Below, in pieces: positions 22,209 through 35,869 of a stretch of 64,000 bases of DNA. This stretch comes from an uncultured Streptococcus sp. (GTDB taxonomy: Bacteria > Bacillota > Bacilli > Lactobacillales > Streptococcaceae), in assembly GCA_900755085.1 (NCBI GenBank), contig CAAEFF010000183.1:1755-65754 (forward strand), in the 5' to 3' direction. Position 1 is the stretch's first letter; every line of letters starts with the position of its first letter. The position numbers were made by a program, and so were the translations under genes. The notes under the pieces were generated by a model, which was not told the DNA's origin, ran no database searches, and saw nothing but the letters and a program-made list of their open reading frames with translations.

Positions 22209-23036
22209 TTATAAAATATTGACAAATTCACGATTTGCATCATCTTCAGGTTGAACAGTTTCCTCAACCTCAACGACTTCCTCATTTTCATGACGAGCGT
22301 GCTCTGCTTCTTCTAAAGCGGATTGAACTTTTTCATTCAAACCTTCAAACGCTTGTGTCGCACCCAATTCTAAGTTAGCTGCTTCAATGCGTTTTTGTAA
22401 TTCTTCGATTTCAGCTGGAGAGAATTGACGAGTCAGATCAATGTTATCATCTTCTGCTTGATGATGGTGAACAGATTCCCCCAAAGCTTTCTCAACAATT
22501 TCACGGAAAGCTTCATCACTGGTTTGAATATACATAGCTGTTGGGCGAAGAATTTCATCCCATTCAGGCGTATCGATAATGCTCAATTGGCTTTCGATTG
22601 TTGATTTCAAACGTTGATGGAAGACGCGTGTCTTGTTCTTCAACTCCTCTGTTTCAACAGCAACTTTCTTGGCATTATCCGTTGCATGACGAAGGATTTC
22701 ATTTGCTTTTTGTTTTGCTTCATCTACTAAATGCTGTGCATCTTGTTCAGCTTGACGAACAATATTTTCAGAACGTTCGTTAGCTGCTTGTTTTACACGT
22801 TCAGCAGTATCTTGTGCAATCAAAACAGATTGACTCAATGAATCTTTCATTTCATCAAAATAGTTTAAGCGTTCTTCAAGAGCTTGAATTTTTGCTTCTT
22901 GATCATGATTTAAACGAACAAGATCTTCATAATCGCGAACAACGATATCTAGAAATTCTTCTACTTCGTTCGCATCATACCCTCTAAATTTAACGCCAAA
23001 AGTTTTATCTTTAATTTCTAAAGCAGTAAGAGCCAT
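22209..23036 (-). CDS. divIVA: Cell division protein DivIVA
   Basis: LTALEIKDKTFGVKFRGYDANEVEEFLD plus coiled coil. Confidence 0.96.
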   Translation of the reverse strand: MALTALEIKDKTFGVKFRGYDANEVEEFLDIVVRDYEDLVRLNHDQEAKIQALEERLNYFDEMKDSLSQSVLIAQDTAERVKQAANERSENIVRQAEQDAQHLVDEAKQKANEILRHATDNAKKVAVETEELKNKTRVFHQRLKSTIESQLSIIDTPEWDEILRPTAMYIQTSDEAFREIVEKALGESVHHHQAEDDNIDLTRQFSPAEIEELQKRIEAANLELGATQAFEGLNEKVQSALEEAEHARHENEEVVEVEETVQPEDDANREFVNIL

Positions 23037-23045
23037 AACTCCTCC

Positions 23046-23837
23046 TCATTTTTTACTTAAGAGTACTTCAACAGTTACTTTATATTTTCCACTCTTTGAA
23101 ATACCATTTTCAGAAACAATTTTAAGACGCCCAAAGCGTCGGACACTGACTAAATCATTCAAACCTACAGTATAGCTAACATTGGAAGTTGTCGCATAAT
23201 TGACTTTCACTAAGCCAGAACTAATCAACTGACTGACTTGTGAGCGCGAAAGCTTGAAGGTCCCAGCAATCACCTTGTCTAAGCGAAAACTTGACACTAG
23301 AATATCTCGTTGCTGGATTTCTTCCTCTACAACAATCTGTTCAGATAGAGGAACTTCCCTCAGCTTAACAGGTACCCGAGAAATTCTCTGGATGTGATCC
23401 ATGAAATAGGGAACAAAACGCTGTTCAACAAATACTTGGATCTTTCCTTCACTTGTTAGAATATCTCCAAAAGACTTGCGCTCCACTCCTAATTGGTGAA
23501 CAATGGTCCCCAGAACCTGGGAATGGGTCAAGTGATGAAATTTGGAAGCATAGACCATCTCTATTAAGGCCAGATCAAAGTCACTTGGGTCCAATTGATA
23601 ATAATCTGGAGCCACAATGACCTTGGCATACTCCATTTTCTGCTTATTACTGGAAGCAAAGACCTGTAATTGATAGCTTGCCGCAACATTTCGTAAAATA
23701 GCGACCTGATGAGGGTTTAAAAAACCCGTTACCTCAACAGAATAGCGTTCAATTACTCTTTCTGACAATTCAATACAACGATCAATAAATTCGTGATCTT
23801 CGCGATTGAAATGTTGATAAATCTCTTTCTGTCCCAT
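23046..23837 (-). CDS. ylmH: YlmH S4-domain RNA-binding protein
   Basis: SFRLDKVIAGTFKLSRS S4 domain; dcw position. Confidence 0.9.
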   Translation of the reverse strand: MGQKEIYQHFNREDHEFIDRCIELSERVIERYSVEVTGFLNPHQVAILRNVAASYQLQVFASSNKQKMEYAKVIVAPDYYQLDPSDFDLALIEMVYASKFHHLTHSQVLGTIVHQLGVERKSFGDILTSEGKIQVFVEQRFVPYFMDHIQRISRVPVKLREVPLSEQIVVEEEIQQRDILVSSFRLDKVIAGTFKLSRSQVSQLISSGLVKVNYATTSNVSYTVGLNDLVSVRRFGRLKIVSENGISKSGKYKVTVEVLLSKK

Positions 23838-23843
23838 CGTATT

Positions 23844-24107
23844 CTAACCAATCAAAAATAGAAACAACCGATCTAATAGCTGATTCATTAGGTTCAAGAC
23901 CAAAAGTGCTACAAGAACCGTAAAATCCAAGCCTCCAACCTGCAAGGGTAACTTTCTAAAAAGGCTCAAAAATGGTTCAACTAGGCGGTGAACCATTTGT
24001 CCAAGAGTACTCTGAGGTGCCCCAGGGAACCAAGAAAGTAAGGCATAGATGACAAGAATGATGGAATAGATTTGAATGATATTTGAAAGATATTGAAAGA
24101 TAATCAT
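23844..24107 (-). CDS. ylmG: YggT/YlmG membrane protein
   Basis: LSWFP...EPFL...GGLDF motif. Confidence 0.9.
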   Translation of the reverse strand: MIIFQYLSNIIQIYSIILVIYALLSWFPGAPQSTLGQMVHRLVEPFLSLFRKLPLQVGGLDFTVLVALLVLNLMNQLLDRLFLFLIG

Positions 24108-24108
24108 C

Positions 24109-24738
24109 TTAGCGATTACGTTTCATATCATAGTCGAATTCTGTCACTTCCACATCATTTGGAAGGCGAATATCTTCCACATTAACGACTACATTAATTG
24201 GAGTCAACAAGTACATGGTACTTGCAACACGGCGAAGATTTCCTGCCAAAACATAACGAGCCCCATCCAAATAATCCAAACAACGACGGGCTTGTACCTC
24301 TGTCATATATTGGAAGTCAATCAAGATACTCTCATTAGATAGTAATAGATCGACAATTTCAGTCGCTTCCTCGTATTTACGGGGATAGCGTACATCAATG
24401 GTAATCTTTTCATCTGTATTTGCACGATTAGCAGCCAATTCACGTTGACGTTCATGCAAGCGAGTAATATTTCCAGATGTATTTTTCGTTGTTGAAACAG
24501 GTTCCTTCACAGCAACTGTAGATACAGGAGTTGTAACAGGTGCGACAGGAGTCGGTTTTGGTTTTACCGGTTCTTTTTGACTAATCTGTGGACGTGGAGA
24601 AGTCACTTGAGGAGTTGGCTGTGGCTGTGGAACTGGTTGTGTTTCCGCCCCAGCTGCTTTTGCCTCGCGAACTTCTACTTCTTCACCGTCTTCTGTGAAG
24701 TAGTCAATAAAGTTGTTAAATTTATCTTTTAATGACAT
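24109..24738 (-). CDS. sepF: Cell division protein SepF
   Basis: PRKYEEA...[10 protein letters not shown]; dcw position. Confidence 0.93.
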   Translation of the reverse strand: MSLKDKFNNFIDYFTEDGEEVEVREAKAAGAETQPVPQPQPTPQVTSPRPQISQKEPVKPKPTPVAPVTTPVSTVAVKEPVSTTKNTSGNITRLHERQRELAANRANTDEKITIDVRYPRKYEEATEIVDLLLSNESILIDFQYMTEVQARRCLDYLDGARYVLAGNLRRVASTMYLLTPINVVVNVEDIRLPNDVEVTEFDYDMKRNR

Positions 24739-24747
24739 AGTTCTTTC

Positions 24748-25416
24748 CTATTTAAAAAATGATGTCCCAATTCTAACATAAGTCGCTCCGTTCGCAACGG
24801 CTACTTCAAAGTCATGACTCATACCCATACTTAGTTCTGAAAAAGGCATATTTTTTAATTGTTTCTTTTCTAGTTGTTTCTGAAGTTGGTGAGTTTTTGA
24901 AAAAATATCCTGCAACTCTTCTTGACTAGCCTCAAAGGGAGCCATCGTCATTAAACCAACAATTTCAATTTTGTCCAGCTGTGCGATTTCCGCTAAAACA
25001 TCATCCAGTTCATCGGGTGCAAATCCATGCTTACTTTCTTCACCAGAAATGTTCACTTGGAGGAAACACTTGATCGGGTGTTCTGCTCGCTTTTGAATTT
25101 CTTGAGCTAGCTTTACCGAATCCAAGGCATGAAAGTAATCGACGAGATTGATCACGTCTTTTACTTTCCGCCGTTGGAGGCTCCCAATCAAGTGCCAAGT
25201 GAGATCATAGTCTTTTAGAGCTTGATACTTTTCTAGGAATTTATCAACACGATTTTCACCGATATGCTGGATACCTGTTTTCACCAGTGCTTCTGTTGTT
25301 GCAACATCTACATACTTGGTGACAGCTATCACATTAACTTGATCTTGACGGTTAGCTTTGTTTCTTGCTGTTTCTACTTGTTGCCGAACAAGATCAGCAT
25401 TCTCTACCAGATTCAT
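24748..25416 (-). CDS. ylmE: YggS/YlmE PLP-binding protein
   Basis: AVTKY, GENRV, WHLIGSLQ, LSMGMS, VRIG. Confidence 0.93.
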   Translation of the reverse strand: MNLVENADLVRQQVETARNKANRQDQVNVIAVTKYVDVATTEALVKTGIQHIGENRVDKFLEKYQALKDYDLTWHLIGSLQRRKVKDVINLVDYFHALDSVKLAQEIQKRAEHPIKCFLQVNISGEESKHGFAPDELDDVLAEIAQLDKIEIVGLMTMAPFEASQEELQDIFSKTHQLQKQLEKKQLKNMPFSELSMGMSHDFEVAVANGATYVRIGTSFFK

Positions 25417-25418
25417 GA

Positions 25419-26690
<1,272 letters not shown>

Positions 26691-26699
26691 TTACACTCC

Positions 26700-28088
26700 T
26701 TAATCAAACATATTACCGATCAAATTTTTCATTCGGTCTGTGAATGTAGTTTTTGGTTCTTGTTTGTGATCATTGCTTGCTGCTGGAATTTCTTGAGCAT
26801 CCACTGGAGATTCAATCTTCTCAGCATTGTATGCAGGTACTACCTGTTGTGCTGGAGCAGAAGGTTGTGGTTGTACTTGTGGTTGCACAGGACGATCAAA
26901 TTGAATCGGTTGTTGACGCAAGACTTCGTCTCCATGAACCGCAGCTTGAGCAATAATATCCACGTCTGTCAAATTGCCTGCATATTCAGACAAACTAATC
27001 ACATGGGCAAAAGCTGGATTGCGAATTCCAATTTGATTTGGAACAAACAATTTCACATTTACACCAAAGACTTCTTGAGCCAATTCTTCAACACCAGGAA
27101 GGATTGCGCCTCCACCGATAATCACAATACCACCAGGAAGATCCAACAAATGTCTTCTCTCAAGGTCTTGCTTGATTTGCTCAAAGATGTGTTTGATGCG
27201 TGCTGAAATGATTTCAGCTAAGTACTTCTCAGTCACTTCAACCGGTTCAACTTCACCAATGACTTCTACATGAAATACTTCGTTTCCAGCAGATGGCACA
27301 TAGGCTTCACCGTAGTTGAACTTCAAGCCTTCTGCCAATTTTTGAGAAGTCTTCAAAACTTTAGAAATATCTTTGGTCACGTAATCGCCACCTTCTTGGT
27401 AGATATTTGTAAATTGAAGTTCTTGGCTACGAACAGATGCCACTGTGGTTTGGCCACCGCCCATATCAATGACTGTTGCTCCGAATTCACGTTCGCCTTC
27501 GTTCAAGACTGTTTTGATCATCGCAAGTGGGGAAATGATGATGTTTTCAACTTGTAAGCCTGCACGTTCAACTGTTTTACGCAAATTGTGCAAGATTGTA
27601 CGAGGTCCTGTATAAAGAAGGCCACGCATTTCAAGTCGGATTCCCATCATTCCGCGTGGATCACGGATTCCTTGGAAACCATCTACTGTGAATTCTTCAG
27701 GAATGAAGGTGATCACTTCACGATCCGGTGTCATGCTTTTTGTGAGTGCAGATTTGACAACATTTTCAACATCTGCATCTGTGATTTCTTTTGAATCACT
27801 TGTGACTGGAATCATTCCTTGAGTTGCTTCGATTTGTAGTAAATTTGCAGGCAACCCAACATTGACTAGATTGATTGAAATCCCTGCTTTTTCTTCAGCT
27901 TGGCTGATTGCAGTTTTAATTGCATTTGAAGCAGCTTCGATATCTACTATAATTCCATCTTTAACGCCAGCACTTTTTGCATTGCTGACTCCAATTACAT
28001 TCATTTCTCCATTGACATGTTCTGCCACCAATACTTTTATTGAACTAGTACCGATATCTAAACCTGTAAAAAAGCCGTCTCTAGCCAT
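26700..28088 (-). CDS. ftsA: Cell division protein FtsA
   Basis: GLDIGTSSIK and IDMGGGQT actin-like motifs. Confidence 0.97.
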   Translation of the reverse strand: MARDGFFTGLDIGTSSIKVLVAEHVNGEMNVIGVSNAKSAGVKDGIIVDIEAASNAIKTAISQAEEKAGISINLVNVGLPANLLQIEATQGMIPVTSDSKEITDADVENVVKSALTKSMTPDREVITFIPEEFTVDGFQGIRDPRGMMGIRLEMRGLLYTGPRTILHNLRKTVERAGLQVENIIISPLAMIKTVLNEGEREFGATVIDMGGGQTTVASVRSQELQFTNIYQEGGDYVTKDISKVLKTSQKLAEGLKFNYGEAYVPSAGNEVFHVEVIGEVEPVEVTEKYLAEIISARIKHIFEQIKQDLERRHLLDLPGGIVIIGGGAILPGVEELAQEVFGVNVKLFVPNQIGIRNPAFAHVISLSEYAGNLTDVDIIAQAAVHGDEVLRQQPIQFDRPVQPQVQPQPSAPAQQVVPAYNAEKIESPVDAQEIPAASNDHKQEPKTTFTDRMKNLIGNMFD

Positions 28089-28221
28089 TACACCAGTCCT
28101 CTCTCTTTATTTGTTTTCACTTTACATCTATTTATAGCCCTTTTAGTTGGAACTATCCAAACTTCATTATATCACAAAGAAGCCTAAAATGGACATTTTT
28201 TCTTCATTTATTTGAGATAAT

Positions 28222-29457
28222 TTATGGGCTTTGCTCATTCCCAGAAGAATTTTCTCCTTCTGGATTCTGTTCTTGGCTTGCTTCCTCAGAATGTTCTTCT
28301 TGCTTTTCTGTACTTTCAGCCTTTTCTTTTTCTGCTTGCTCTTTGGCATCTGCGATGGATTGTTCACTATAGCTGAAGACTCCAGCCTCCATATCAATGG
28401 TGGAATCATCGTCTAATTGCTTACTAATGGTCTTATAATAAGGAAGCTTGCGGGTAATTTGGGAAACAGGGACCAAGATTTTATTATTATTTTTCATGGT
28501 AATGGTCACTAGATCCTTGGTAACCTTGCTTGGTGTCAGATCAACCGAAACAATTTTATCCGTAATGGAAGACGAAATGGATTTCATTTCTTGGACGAAT
28601 TGTCTGACTAATTCCCTATCTGAGAATTTCAAACTAATATAGGAGGATGGTAAGTCCGAAGCAGGCGTTACTGTCTCAACTACTTCTCCATTTTCTAATA
28701 CTGGATAGTGGTCTTCTCCCGTCACATAATAAGCAACCACTTTGTGTTCCACGACATTAACTTTAAAGGTCACTGGAAATTGATAATGCATGTGCACTTC
28801 TTTGATCCATGGACTAGCTGTTTTTATGTTTTGTTCATAGACCGACTTATGAAGGAAGGTCGTCAGAGTATAATCTTCTTCTTTAATACGGCTTTTTTCA
28901 TACAATTTTTGCTGGTCAACCGCTTTATTCCCTGAAAATTCAATCACTTTCTGTGTGGACAAGGGACTTAAAAAATAGATTGAGAGAAGGGCGACAATCG
29001 AGCTGATTCCGATAACCGGAAGCGCACGATAGATATGGCGTTTTGCCACTGTCGGTTCCTTCTTGGTTTTTTTTGTCTTTAAGCGTTCAAAAAACGAAGG
29101 CTTTTTCTCTTGCTTCTCTGAAGGATCTAGCTTCTCTACAGCCGGATCATCCTCTTCTCCTTCTGAACTTTCTCCATCTACTTCTGGATTCTCTTCGACC
29201 TCAGATTCATTTTCTTCTTCAGACTCTTTTCGTTCGTCAGATTCTTCCTCTGAGACAGAAGTTGTTTCTTTTTCTGAAAGGTCTTCGTCTTGTTGTGCTT
29301 CTTCGCTTTCAGTTTCCCCTGTTCCAGTTTCCTCTGTTTCAGCTTCTTCTGCTTTTTCAAGCGCTTTTTTTTCTAAATATTCTTTGTTTCTTTTTTGCCA
29401 GGCTGACAATTCTGTAATTTTGTCATCCGTTGGCGTTTTTTTATTGTCGTCCGTCAT
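28222..29457 (-). CDS. divIB: Cell division protein DivIB/FtsQ
   Basis: Acidic cytoplasmic N-terminus, single TM, POTRA region; start MTDDNKK at 29457 overlaps murG end. Confidence 0.9.
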   Translation of the reverse strand: MTDDNKKTPTDDKITELSAWQKRNKEYLEKKALEKAEEAETEETGTGETESEEAQQDEDLSEKETTSVSEEESDERKESEEENESEVEENPEVDGESSEGEEDDPAVEKLDPSEKQEKKPSFFERLKTKKTKKEPTVAKRHIYRALPVIGISSIVALLSIYFLSPLSTQKVIEFSGNKAVDQQKLYEKSRIKEEDYTLTTFLHKSVYEQNIKTASPWIKEVHMHYQFPVTFKVNVVEHKVVAYYVTGEDHYPVLENGEVVETVTPASDLPSSYISLKFSDRELVRQFVQEMKSISSSITDKIVSVDLTPSKVTKDLVTITMKNNNKILVPVSQITRKLPYYKTISKQLDDDSTIDMEAGVFSYSEQSIADAKEQAEKEKAESTEKQEEHSEEASQEQNPEGENSSGNEQSP

Positions 29458-30523
29458 CTTTTCCCTTACTGATATCTTTTTGAAGCAGGCCATAAAAATC
29501 GTCTAGTGAAAGGAGTTCTGTCGATTTTTCCATTGCTTGGTGGTAAACTTGGCTTTGCTTCAACATTTCTTGAATGGTTTCATTAAAGGTTTCGAGGGTC
29601 AATTGATCTTCCTGTAATTGCTCTGCATAACCTTTATCCACAAAATATTGGGCATTTTCAATCTGATCGCCACGACTGGCTTCTTTTCCAAGTGGTACAA
29701 TCAAATGGAGTTTGTTCATAGCCAAGAGTTCAAATAAGGTATTGGCTCCACCCCTAGTCACCACTAGATCAGCTTTCTGGAGCATGGGCAAATACTGATC
29801 GGTTACATAATCCACTCGATACAAGCCTCCCTCAGCCTGATTCAATGTTGAATCGCCCGTCAAATTGATGATATTGTAGTGCTGCAAGAGCTCTGCTTGA
29901 TGCTCTGTCACAAATTCATTAAAGACACGCGCACCGGCTGATCCTCCGACAAAGAGAAGGGTCGGCAACTCTTTTCGGAAACCTTTTGTTTTTTCTTCTA
30001 AAACTTCTGAAGTCAGCAGAATATGATCTGTGACCTTGGTTACCGCACCGATATGCTCACTCTTTGTCAAACCATGTGCTTGCTCAAAAGTCGTGTACAT
30101 CTTGGTAGCAAATTTATAAGCAATTTTATTGGCCAATCCCATCGAGAGATCCGACTCATGGATATAGACAGGAACACGAGTAAGGCGAGCTGCAATCACT
30201 GGCGGTACGGAAACAAAGCCTCCTTTGGAAAAGAGAACTTGTGGACGTACACGAAGCATAATCGCAATAGATTGGAGCGTTCCCCAAGCCACCTTGAACA
30301 CATCCATCATATTTTGGAAGGAGAAATAGCGACGCAATTTTCCGGTAGCAATTGAATGGAAACGCACCTCTAATCCAGACTTCTTGATTTCTTGGTACTC
30401 AATTCCTTTTTTGTCGCCTATGTAATGAACTTCCCAGCCATCTTCGATAAATTTTGGAATCAAGAGGAGATTAAGGGTCACATGACCCACAGTTCCCCCA
30501 CCAGTAAACATTATTTTTTTCAT
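29441..30523 (-). CDS. murG: Lipid I N-acetylglucosaminyltransferase MurG
   Basis: [32 protein letters not shown]. Confidence 0.96.
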   Translation of the reverse strand: MKKIMFTGGGTVGHVTLNLLLIPKFIEDGWEVHYIGDKKGIEYQEIKKSGLEVRFHSIATGKLRRYFSFQNMMDVFKVAWGTLQSIAIMLRVRPQVLFSKGGFVSVPPVIAARLTRVPVYIHESDLSMGLANKIAYKFATKMYTTFEQAHGLTKSEHIGAVTKVTDHILLTSEVLEEKTKGFRKELPTLLFVGGSAGARVFNEFVTEHQAELLQHYNIINLTGDSTLNQAEGGLYRVDYVTDQYLPMLQKADLVVTRGGANTLFELLAMNKLHLIVPLGKEASRGDQIENAQYFVDKGYAEQLQEDQLTLETFNETIQEMLKQSQVYHQAMEKSTELLSLDDFYGLLQKDISKGKDDGRQ

Positions 30524-30524
30524 C

Positions 30525-31874
30525 TTATTTTAACCCTTTTACTGTAGCAAGGAATTCATCCCCACGCACTTCAAAATTCGGATACATATCCCAGCTGGCA
30601 TTGGCAGGACTTAGTAGCACAACATCTCCAGGACTCGCTAATTCGAAGGCTTTCTTTGTGGCATCTGCTACATCTGTCGCATCGACATATGAAACACCCG
30701 CTTTATCTGCCGCCCGTTTCACTCGAGGTGCCGACTCGCCTAAAATCACCATTTCCTTCAAGCCGGTAATATCCGGTACTAAGTCGTCAAACTCATTGCC
30801 ACGATCCAGCCCTCCAGCAATCAAGATGACCTTGCTGTTGTCAAAACCAGAAAGAGCTTTTTGTGTCGCTAAAATATTGGTTGATTTACTGTCATTATAG
30901 AATTTGACACCTTGAATCTCATCCACATATTGGAGGCGGTGTTTGACACCTCCAAAGGCTGACAAGGTTTCTTTAATGACCTCATTTTGCACTCCCCGAA
31001 CTTTTGCGACAGCAATGGTTGCCAAAGCATTTTCAACATTATGGCTACCTGGAACACCAATTTCATCTGCACGCATGACGACTTCTCCCTTAAACTTGAG
31101 AAGTCCATCTTCCAAGTAGGCCCCATCCACTTTTTCGGTTGTTGAAAACGGAAGAACCCTCGCCTTGGTTTTGGTCGCCAATTCCTTAGCCAAATCTTGA
31201 TTGAAGTTCAAAATAATGACATCCTTTTCTGTCATATTCTTTTGAAGATTCCATTTGGCTGCAACATAATTTTCAAAGGAACCATGATAGTCGATATGGG
31301 TTGGCATGAGGTTGGTAATCACTGCAATCTCAGGATGGAAGGCTTCAATTCCCATCAATTGGAAAGAAGACAATTCCATGACCAGAACATTCTTTTCTGT
31401 CGCCGTTTGGGCAACTTGACTAGCTGGAAATCCAATATTTCCAGACAATAAGCCACCTTGACCAGCTGCCGTTAAAACTTCTCCAATCATGGTTGTCGTC
31501 GTCGTTTTTCCGTTTGATCCTGTAATCCCAATAATTGGTGCATCCGAAATCAGATAAGCCAATTCCACTTCAGTGAGGACAGGAATGCCCTTTTCAAGTG
31601 CTTTTTCGACCATTGGATTCGTATAAGGAATTCCAGGATTTTTGACCATGACCGCAAAGTCTTCATCCAACAATTCCAGAGGGTGCCCCCCTGTCACGAC
31701 TTTAATCCCTTCTTCCAGTAAACTTTGTGCTGCTGGATTTTCTTCAAAAGGTTTGCCATCATTGACGGTCACAATCGCTCCTAAGCGATCCAACAAACGG
31801 GCAGCTGACTCGCCTGACTTAGCCAAACCTAATACAAGAACCTTTTTATTTTCAAATTGTTTCACAAATTTCAT
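30525..31874 (-). CDS. murD: UDP-MurNAc-L-Ala--D-Glu ligase
   Basis: [37 protein letters not shown]. Confidence 0.97.
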   Translation of the reverse strand: MKFVKQFENKKVLVLGLAKSGESAARLLDRLGAIVTVNDGKPFEENPAAQSLLEEGIKVVTGGHPLELLDEDFAVMVKNPGIPYTNPMVEKALEKGIPVLTEVELAYLISDAPIIGITGSNGKTTTTTMIGEVLTAAGQGGLLSGNIGFPASQVAQTATEKNVLVMELSSFQLMGIEAFHPEIAVITNLMPTHIDYHGSFENYVAAKWNLQKNMTEKDVIILNFNQDLAKELATKTKARVLPFSTTEKVDGAYLEDGLLKFKGEVVMRADEIGVPGSHNVENALATIAVAKVRGVQNEVIKETLSAFGGVKHRLQYVDEIQGVKFYNDSKSTNILATQKALSGFDNSKVILIAGGLDRGNEFDDLVPDITGLKEMVILGESAPRVKRAADKAGVSYVDATDVADATKKAFELASPGDVVLLSPANASWDMYPNFEVRGDEFLATVKGLK

Positions 31875-31973
31875 GATTTCTTCGCTCCATTTTTATCACT
31901 CTCTATTTTACCTTTTTTACCTTTTTTTAGCAAAATTAAAAAGCCCAAAGGGCTTTAAAAATCACGTCAATGT

Positions 31974-32222
31974 TTATTTTTTCTGTTTGGTCGTCATTTT
32001 GGAAATATCCACCAAAGCCAAGTAGCCAACAAAGGCGAGAAAGGCACCGACAAAAAACTCAGACGGTAGTTGGAATATCTGAAAAATGGCGAGACAAGTC
32101 AGTACGATAATGGAGACGATCAAGACCACCATTGTGACACTGTTTAAGGTACCACGAATACTCATTGGGGTCATAAAAAGGTAAAAAAGGAGAATCAAAA
32201 TCCCTAAGATAAAATAGACCAT
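31974..32222 (-). CDS. DUF3165-type small membrane protein
   Basis: 82 aa, three hydrophobic segments, AAGGAG RBS, follows typA. Confidence 0.75.
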   Translation of the reverse strand: MVYFILGILILLFYLFMTPMSIRGTLNSVTMVVLIVSIIVLTCLAIFQIFQLPSEFFVGAFLAFVGYLALVDISKMTTKQKK

Positions 32223-32245
32223 TTTGTTTCTCCTTTCTTTTCGTA

Positions 32246-34093
32246 TTATTCAGCAGCCGCTGATTTTTTCTTTTTATTTGCTTTTTCGCGTTCTGCTTTG
32301 TTCAAGATTTGTTTCCGCAAACGGATAGATTCAGGTGTTACTTCCATGTACTCATCATCGTTCAAGAACTCAAGAGATTCTTCCAAAGTCAAGATACGAG
32401 GAGTCTTGATAACCGCTGTTTGGTCCTTGGTAGCTGAACGAACGTTGGTCATTTGTTTTGCTTTCGTAATGTTTACGGTCAAGTCGTTCTCACGAGAGTT
32501 TTCCCCAATGATCATTCCTTCGTAAACTTCTGTACCTGGATTGACAAAGATCGTACCACGTTCTTCGACAGACATAATAGAGTAAGTGGTTGCTTTTCCG
32601 TTATCGATCGAAACAAGAGCACCACGGTGACGTCCACCGATTTCTCCTGGAATCACTGGCAAGTATTGGTCAAAGGTGTGGTTCATGATTCCGTAACCAC
32701 GTGTCATTGACAAGAACTCTGTTGAGTATCCAATCAAACCACGCGCTGGAACAAGGAAGACCAAACGAGTTTGACCGTTACCAGTTGAGATCATATCCAA
32801 CATTTCACCTTTACGTTCAGAAAGGCTTTGGATAACAGATCCTTGGTATTCTTCTGGTGTGTCGATTTGCACGCGCTCAAATGGTTCACATTTGACACCA
32901 TCGATTTCCTTGATGATCACTTCTGGACGAGATACTTGCAATTCGTATCCTTCACGACGCATAGTTTCAATCAAGATAGACAAGTGCAATTCCCCACGTC
33001 CTGAAACTGTCCATTTATCAGGTGAGTCAGTAGGGTCCACACGAAGAGAGACGTCTGTTTGCAATTCTGCTTGCAAGCGTTCTTCGACTTTACGAGAGGT
33101 CACCCATTTCCCTTCACGACCAGCAAATGGTGAGTTATTCACCAAGAAGGTCATTTGAAGGGTCGGTTCATCGATGTGAAGGATTGGAAGAGCTTCGACT
33201 GCGTCTGTCGGTGTGATGGTTTCTCCAACGAAGATATCTTCCATACCAGAGATAGCAATCAAGTCACCAGCTTTAGCTTCTTGAATCTCACGACGTTCCA
33301 AACCAAAGAAACCAAAGAGTTTGGTAACACGGAAGTTCTTAGTCGTTCCATCCAATTTAGAAAGGGTAACTTGGTCCCCAACCTTAACTGTACCACGGAA
33401 GACACGTCCGATACCGATCCGTCCAACGAAGTCGTTGTAATCAAGTAGGGATACTTGGAATTGAAGGGGCTCATCTGAGTTATCAACTGGAGCTGGGATG
33501 TGATCAATGATGGTATCAAAGATCGGTGCCATTGTGTGCTCTTGATCAGCTGGATCATCTGAAAGTGAAGAAGTTCCGTTGATCGCTGATGCATAAACAA
33601 CTGGGAATTCCAATTGGTCGTCATCCGCACCCAATTCGATGAACAGTTCAAGAACTTCATCTACAACTTCTTCTGGACGAGCAGATGGTTTGTCGATTTT
33701 GTTGACTACTACGATTGGAACAAGGTTTTGTTCCAAGGCTTTTTTCAATACGAAACGAGTCTGAGGCATGGTTCCTTCGTAGGCATCTACGACCAATACA
33801 ACCCCATCAACCATTTTCATGATCCGTTCCACTTCTCCACCGAAGTCCGCGTGTCCTGGTGTGTCCATGATATTGATTCGAGTTCCGTTATAAGCAACGG
33901 CTGTATTTTTAGCAAGGATAGTGATACCACGTTCTTTTTCAAGATCGTTTGAGTCCATTGCACGTTCTTGCAATTCTTTACGTTCATCCAAGGTGTGCGA
34001 TTGTTTCAACAATTCGTCTACCAAGGTTGTTTTCCCATGGTCAACGTGGGCAATGATCGCAACATTACGAATATCTTCTCTTAATTTTGTCAT
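32246..34093 (-). CDS. typA: Translational GTPase TypA/BipA
   Basis: [28 protein letters not shown]. Confidence 0.97.
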   Translation of the reverse strand: MTKLREDIRNVAIIAHVDHGKTTLVDELLKQSHTLDERKELQERAMDSNDLEKERGITILAKNTAVAYNGTRINIMDTPGHADFGGEVERIMKMVDGVVLVVDAYEGTMPQTRFVLKKALEQNLVPIVVVNKIDKPSARPEEVVDEVLELFIELGADDDQLEFPVVYASAINGTSSLSDDPADQEHTMAPIFDTIIDHIPAPVDNSDEPLQFQVSLLDYNDFVGRIGIGRVFRGTVKVGDQVTLSKLDGTTKNFRVTKLFGFFGLERREIQEAKAGDLIAISGMEDIFVGETITPTDAVEALPILHIDEPTLQMTFLVNNSPFAGREGKWVTSRKVEERLQAELQTDVSLRVDPTDSPDKWTVSGRGELHLSILIETMRREGYELQVSRPEVIIKEIDGVKCEPFERVQIDTPEEYQGSVIQSLSERKGEMLDMISTGNGQTRLVFLVPARGLIGYSTEFLSMTRGYGIMNHTFDQYLPVIPGEIGGRHRGALVSIDNGKATTYSIMSVEERGTIFVNPGTEVYEGMIIGENSRENDLTVNITKAKQMTNVRSATKDQTAVIKTPRILTLEESLEFLNDDEYMEVTPESIRLRKQILNKAEREKANKKKKSAAAE

Positions 34094-34271
34094 GATTTCC
34101 TCTATAAAATTTTAAATAATATTTCTAACTGAACAATTATACCACAGTCCTATCTAAAAAACACAGTTCAGCTAGTTGTAAATGTTTTCATCCTCATTTC
34201 TTTTCTCCGACTCGATTTCCTTTTCTTTTCATGATACACTGATGGTAAGAATTTCAGAAAAAGAGGCTCCC

Positions 34272-34997
34272 ATGAGATTAGATCAATTGATGGCAGACCA
34301 TCAGTACGCTCGAAAAGACATCAAACAACTTCTGGCTCGAAGACAAATCTTGGTCGATCACTTACCTGCTAAAAAGCTATCACAAAATATTGACCCTGGA
34401 CTCCAAGAGATTCAAATAGGGGAACGGCTCATTCAGGAACCGCGTCACCACTACTACATGCTCCATAAACCAATCGGGGTAGTGACTGCCATAAGAGATG
34501 CACACCATCCAACGGTGATCGAGCTAGTAGATCCCCAGCAAGAGTACCCAGATCTTTATCCGCTTGGTCGCCTCGATCGCGATACGAGTGGCTTACTCCT
34601 CATCACAGATAATGGTCCCCTAGGTTTTCAACTGCTCCATCCTCAATATCATGTGGAGAAGGTCTATGAGGTAGAAGTCAACGGTCCGCTCTATGGCTCC
34701 CACATCGAACAATTTCAGAATGGGATTTCATTCACAGACGGCCCCATCTGTAAGCCTGCTTCCTTAACCATTCTAGAAAGTAGCCCTAGCTACAGCAAGG
34801 CCCAGGTCCGAATCTCAGAAGGAAAATACCACCAAGTGAAAAAGATGTTCTTAGCCATTGGCGTCAAAGTCATGACCTTAAAACGCTTGTCTTTTGGTCC
34901 CTTCACCTTGGATCCTCAGTTAGCCCCTGGCGAAAGCCGGCCTTTGAATGAAGTGGAGCTTACTTGGGTCAAAGATTCCCTTGAAAAAACGAGATAA
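34272..34997 (+). CDS. RsuA family rRNA pseudouridine synthase
   Basis: MRLDQ S4 start after GAGG; GRLDRDTSGLLL catalytic motif; EGKYHQVKKM. Confidence 0.92.
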   Translation: MRLDQLMADHQYARKDIKQLLARRQILVDHLPAKKLSQNIDPGLQEIQIGERLIQEPRHHYYMLHKPIGVVTAIRDAHHPTVIELVDPQQEYPDLYPLGRLDRDTSGLLLITDNGPLGFQLLHPQYHVEKVYEVEVNGPLYGSHIEQFQNGISFTDGPICKPASLTILESSPSYSKAQVRISEGKYHQVKKMFLAIGVKVMTLKRLSFGPFTLDPQLAPGESRPLNEVELTWVKDSLEKTR

Positions 34998-35179
34998 AAG
35001 AGGCTAGGACAAAAGTCCTAGCCTCTTAATTGTTTTTGGATTGTCGAGTAAGACGCAGTGGTTGAGTGGGCTCTACTACACTGATTTCATCAGCTTTTAT
35101 AGCCCTACTCAACTGTGCGGAGGTGGGACGACGAAATCGAATTCTAACGAATTACCGATTTCTGTCCCACTCTCTTTTT
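34996..35179. repeat. Structured interspersed repeat, family A, copy 2
   Basis: Near-identical to 18010-18194; fills the gap between two convergent stop codons. Confidence 0.9.
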
Positions 35180-35180
35180 A

Positions 35181-35567
35181 TTAGGCGTCTTTTTTCACTT
35201 TCCCATTCCAAGAATCAAGACCATAAGACAAAACATAAATGTCTGTATAGCCCTGTTTCTTGAGATAGAGGGCCGCATTGGTCACACGAGAACTACGGCT
35301 ATTTTCATAGAGCAAAATCGGTTTGTCTTTGCGCAAGGCCGCAAGGCTCAACTTCAACTGAGTAGAAGGAATGTTGCGTGCTCCTAAAATATGCTTTGCA
35401 TGAAACTCAACTGGCTCTCGCAAGTCAATCAACTGCCCTTTACGAATCAACTCTTCAAAAGCAGCATTGTCCACAAATTTAGCAGCTTTACGGATGCGGA
35501 AATAATTAAACGCCATCCATCCAACTACTCCTAAAACAACCAACCAAAAAATGATATTTCCCATCAC
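35181..35567 (-). CDS. Membrane-anchored rhodanese-like protein
   Basis: N-terminal TM; IDLREP..F...HILGARNIP. Confidence 0.88.
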   Translation of the reverse strand: MMGNIIFWLVVLGVVGWMAFNYFRIRKAAKFVDNAAFEELIRKGQLIDLREPVEFHAKHILGARNIPSTQLKLSLAALRKDKPILLYENSRSSRVTNAALYLKKQGYTDIYVLSYGLDSWNGKVKKDA

Positions 35568-35782
35568 TCTACCTCACTCTTTTTCAAAAATTCTAATTCT
35601 TGCTTGTGCTCTCTTCTTAAAACGGTATCGGCTTCTAAATAATCGAGCCGTTCCATCAGGCCTGCATCATAAAGACGTTGAAGCTCAATTTTCATCAATT
35701 CGATGTCATAGAGGCGCTTCCCTACGTAAATGATGATTCCAAAACGTTTTAAAAATTGTTGAACATCATACAGGTTTTTCAT
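35564..35782 (-). CDS. YqgQ/DUF910 family protein
   Basis: MKNLYDVQQFLKRFG; start taken at 35782, 7 nt after an extended -10 TGATACAAT. Confidence 0.85.
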   Translation of the reverse strand: MKNLYDVQQFLKRFGIIIYVGKRLYDIELMKIELQRLYDAGLMERLDYLEADTVLRREHKQELEFLKKSEVE

Positions 35783-35854
35783 GTTCATTATTGTATCAAA
35801 TTTAGAAAGGCTTTACAAGATTTTCAAGCAAATGATGACATTTTTCGATTGCTT

Positions 35855-35862
35855 TACGAATA
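35855..35862 (+). promoter_or_regulatory. ComX (sigmaX) cin/com box
   Basis: Exact TACGAATA with upstream T-rich tract, directly before the prepilin peptidase gene. Confidence 0.9.
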
Positions 35863-35869
35863 AATAAGT

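Noticed and set aside
29043..29506. Low-complexity GAA/TTC-rich stretch and overlapping plus-strand ORFs
   Set aside because: Explained by the acidic N-terminal region of DivIB; the ORFs are antisense shadows.
35066..35263. 65-aa ORF overlapping repeat family A copy 2
   Set aside because: Lies in a non-coding repeat and antisense to the rhodanese gene; no RBS.
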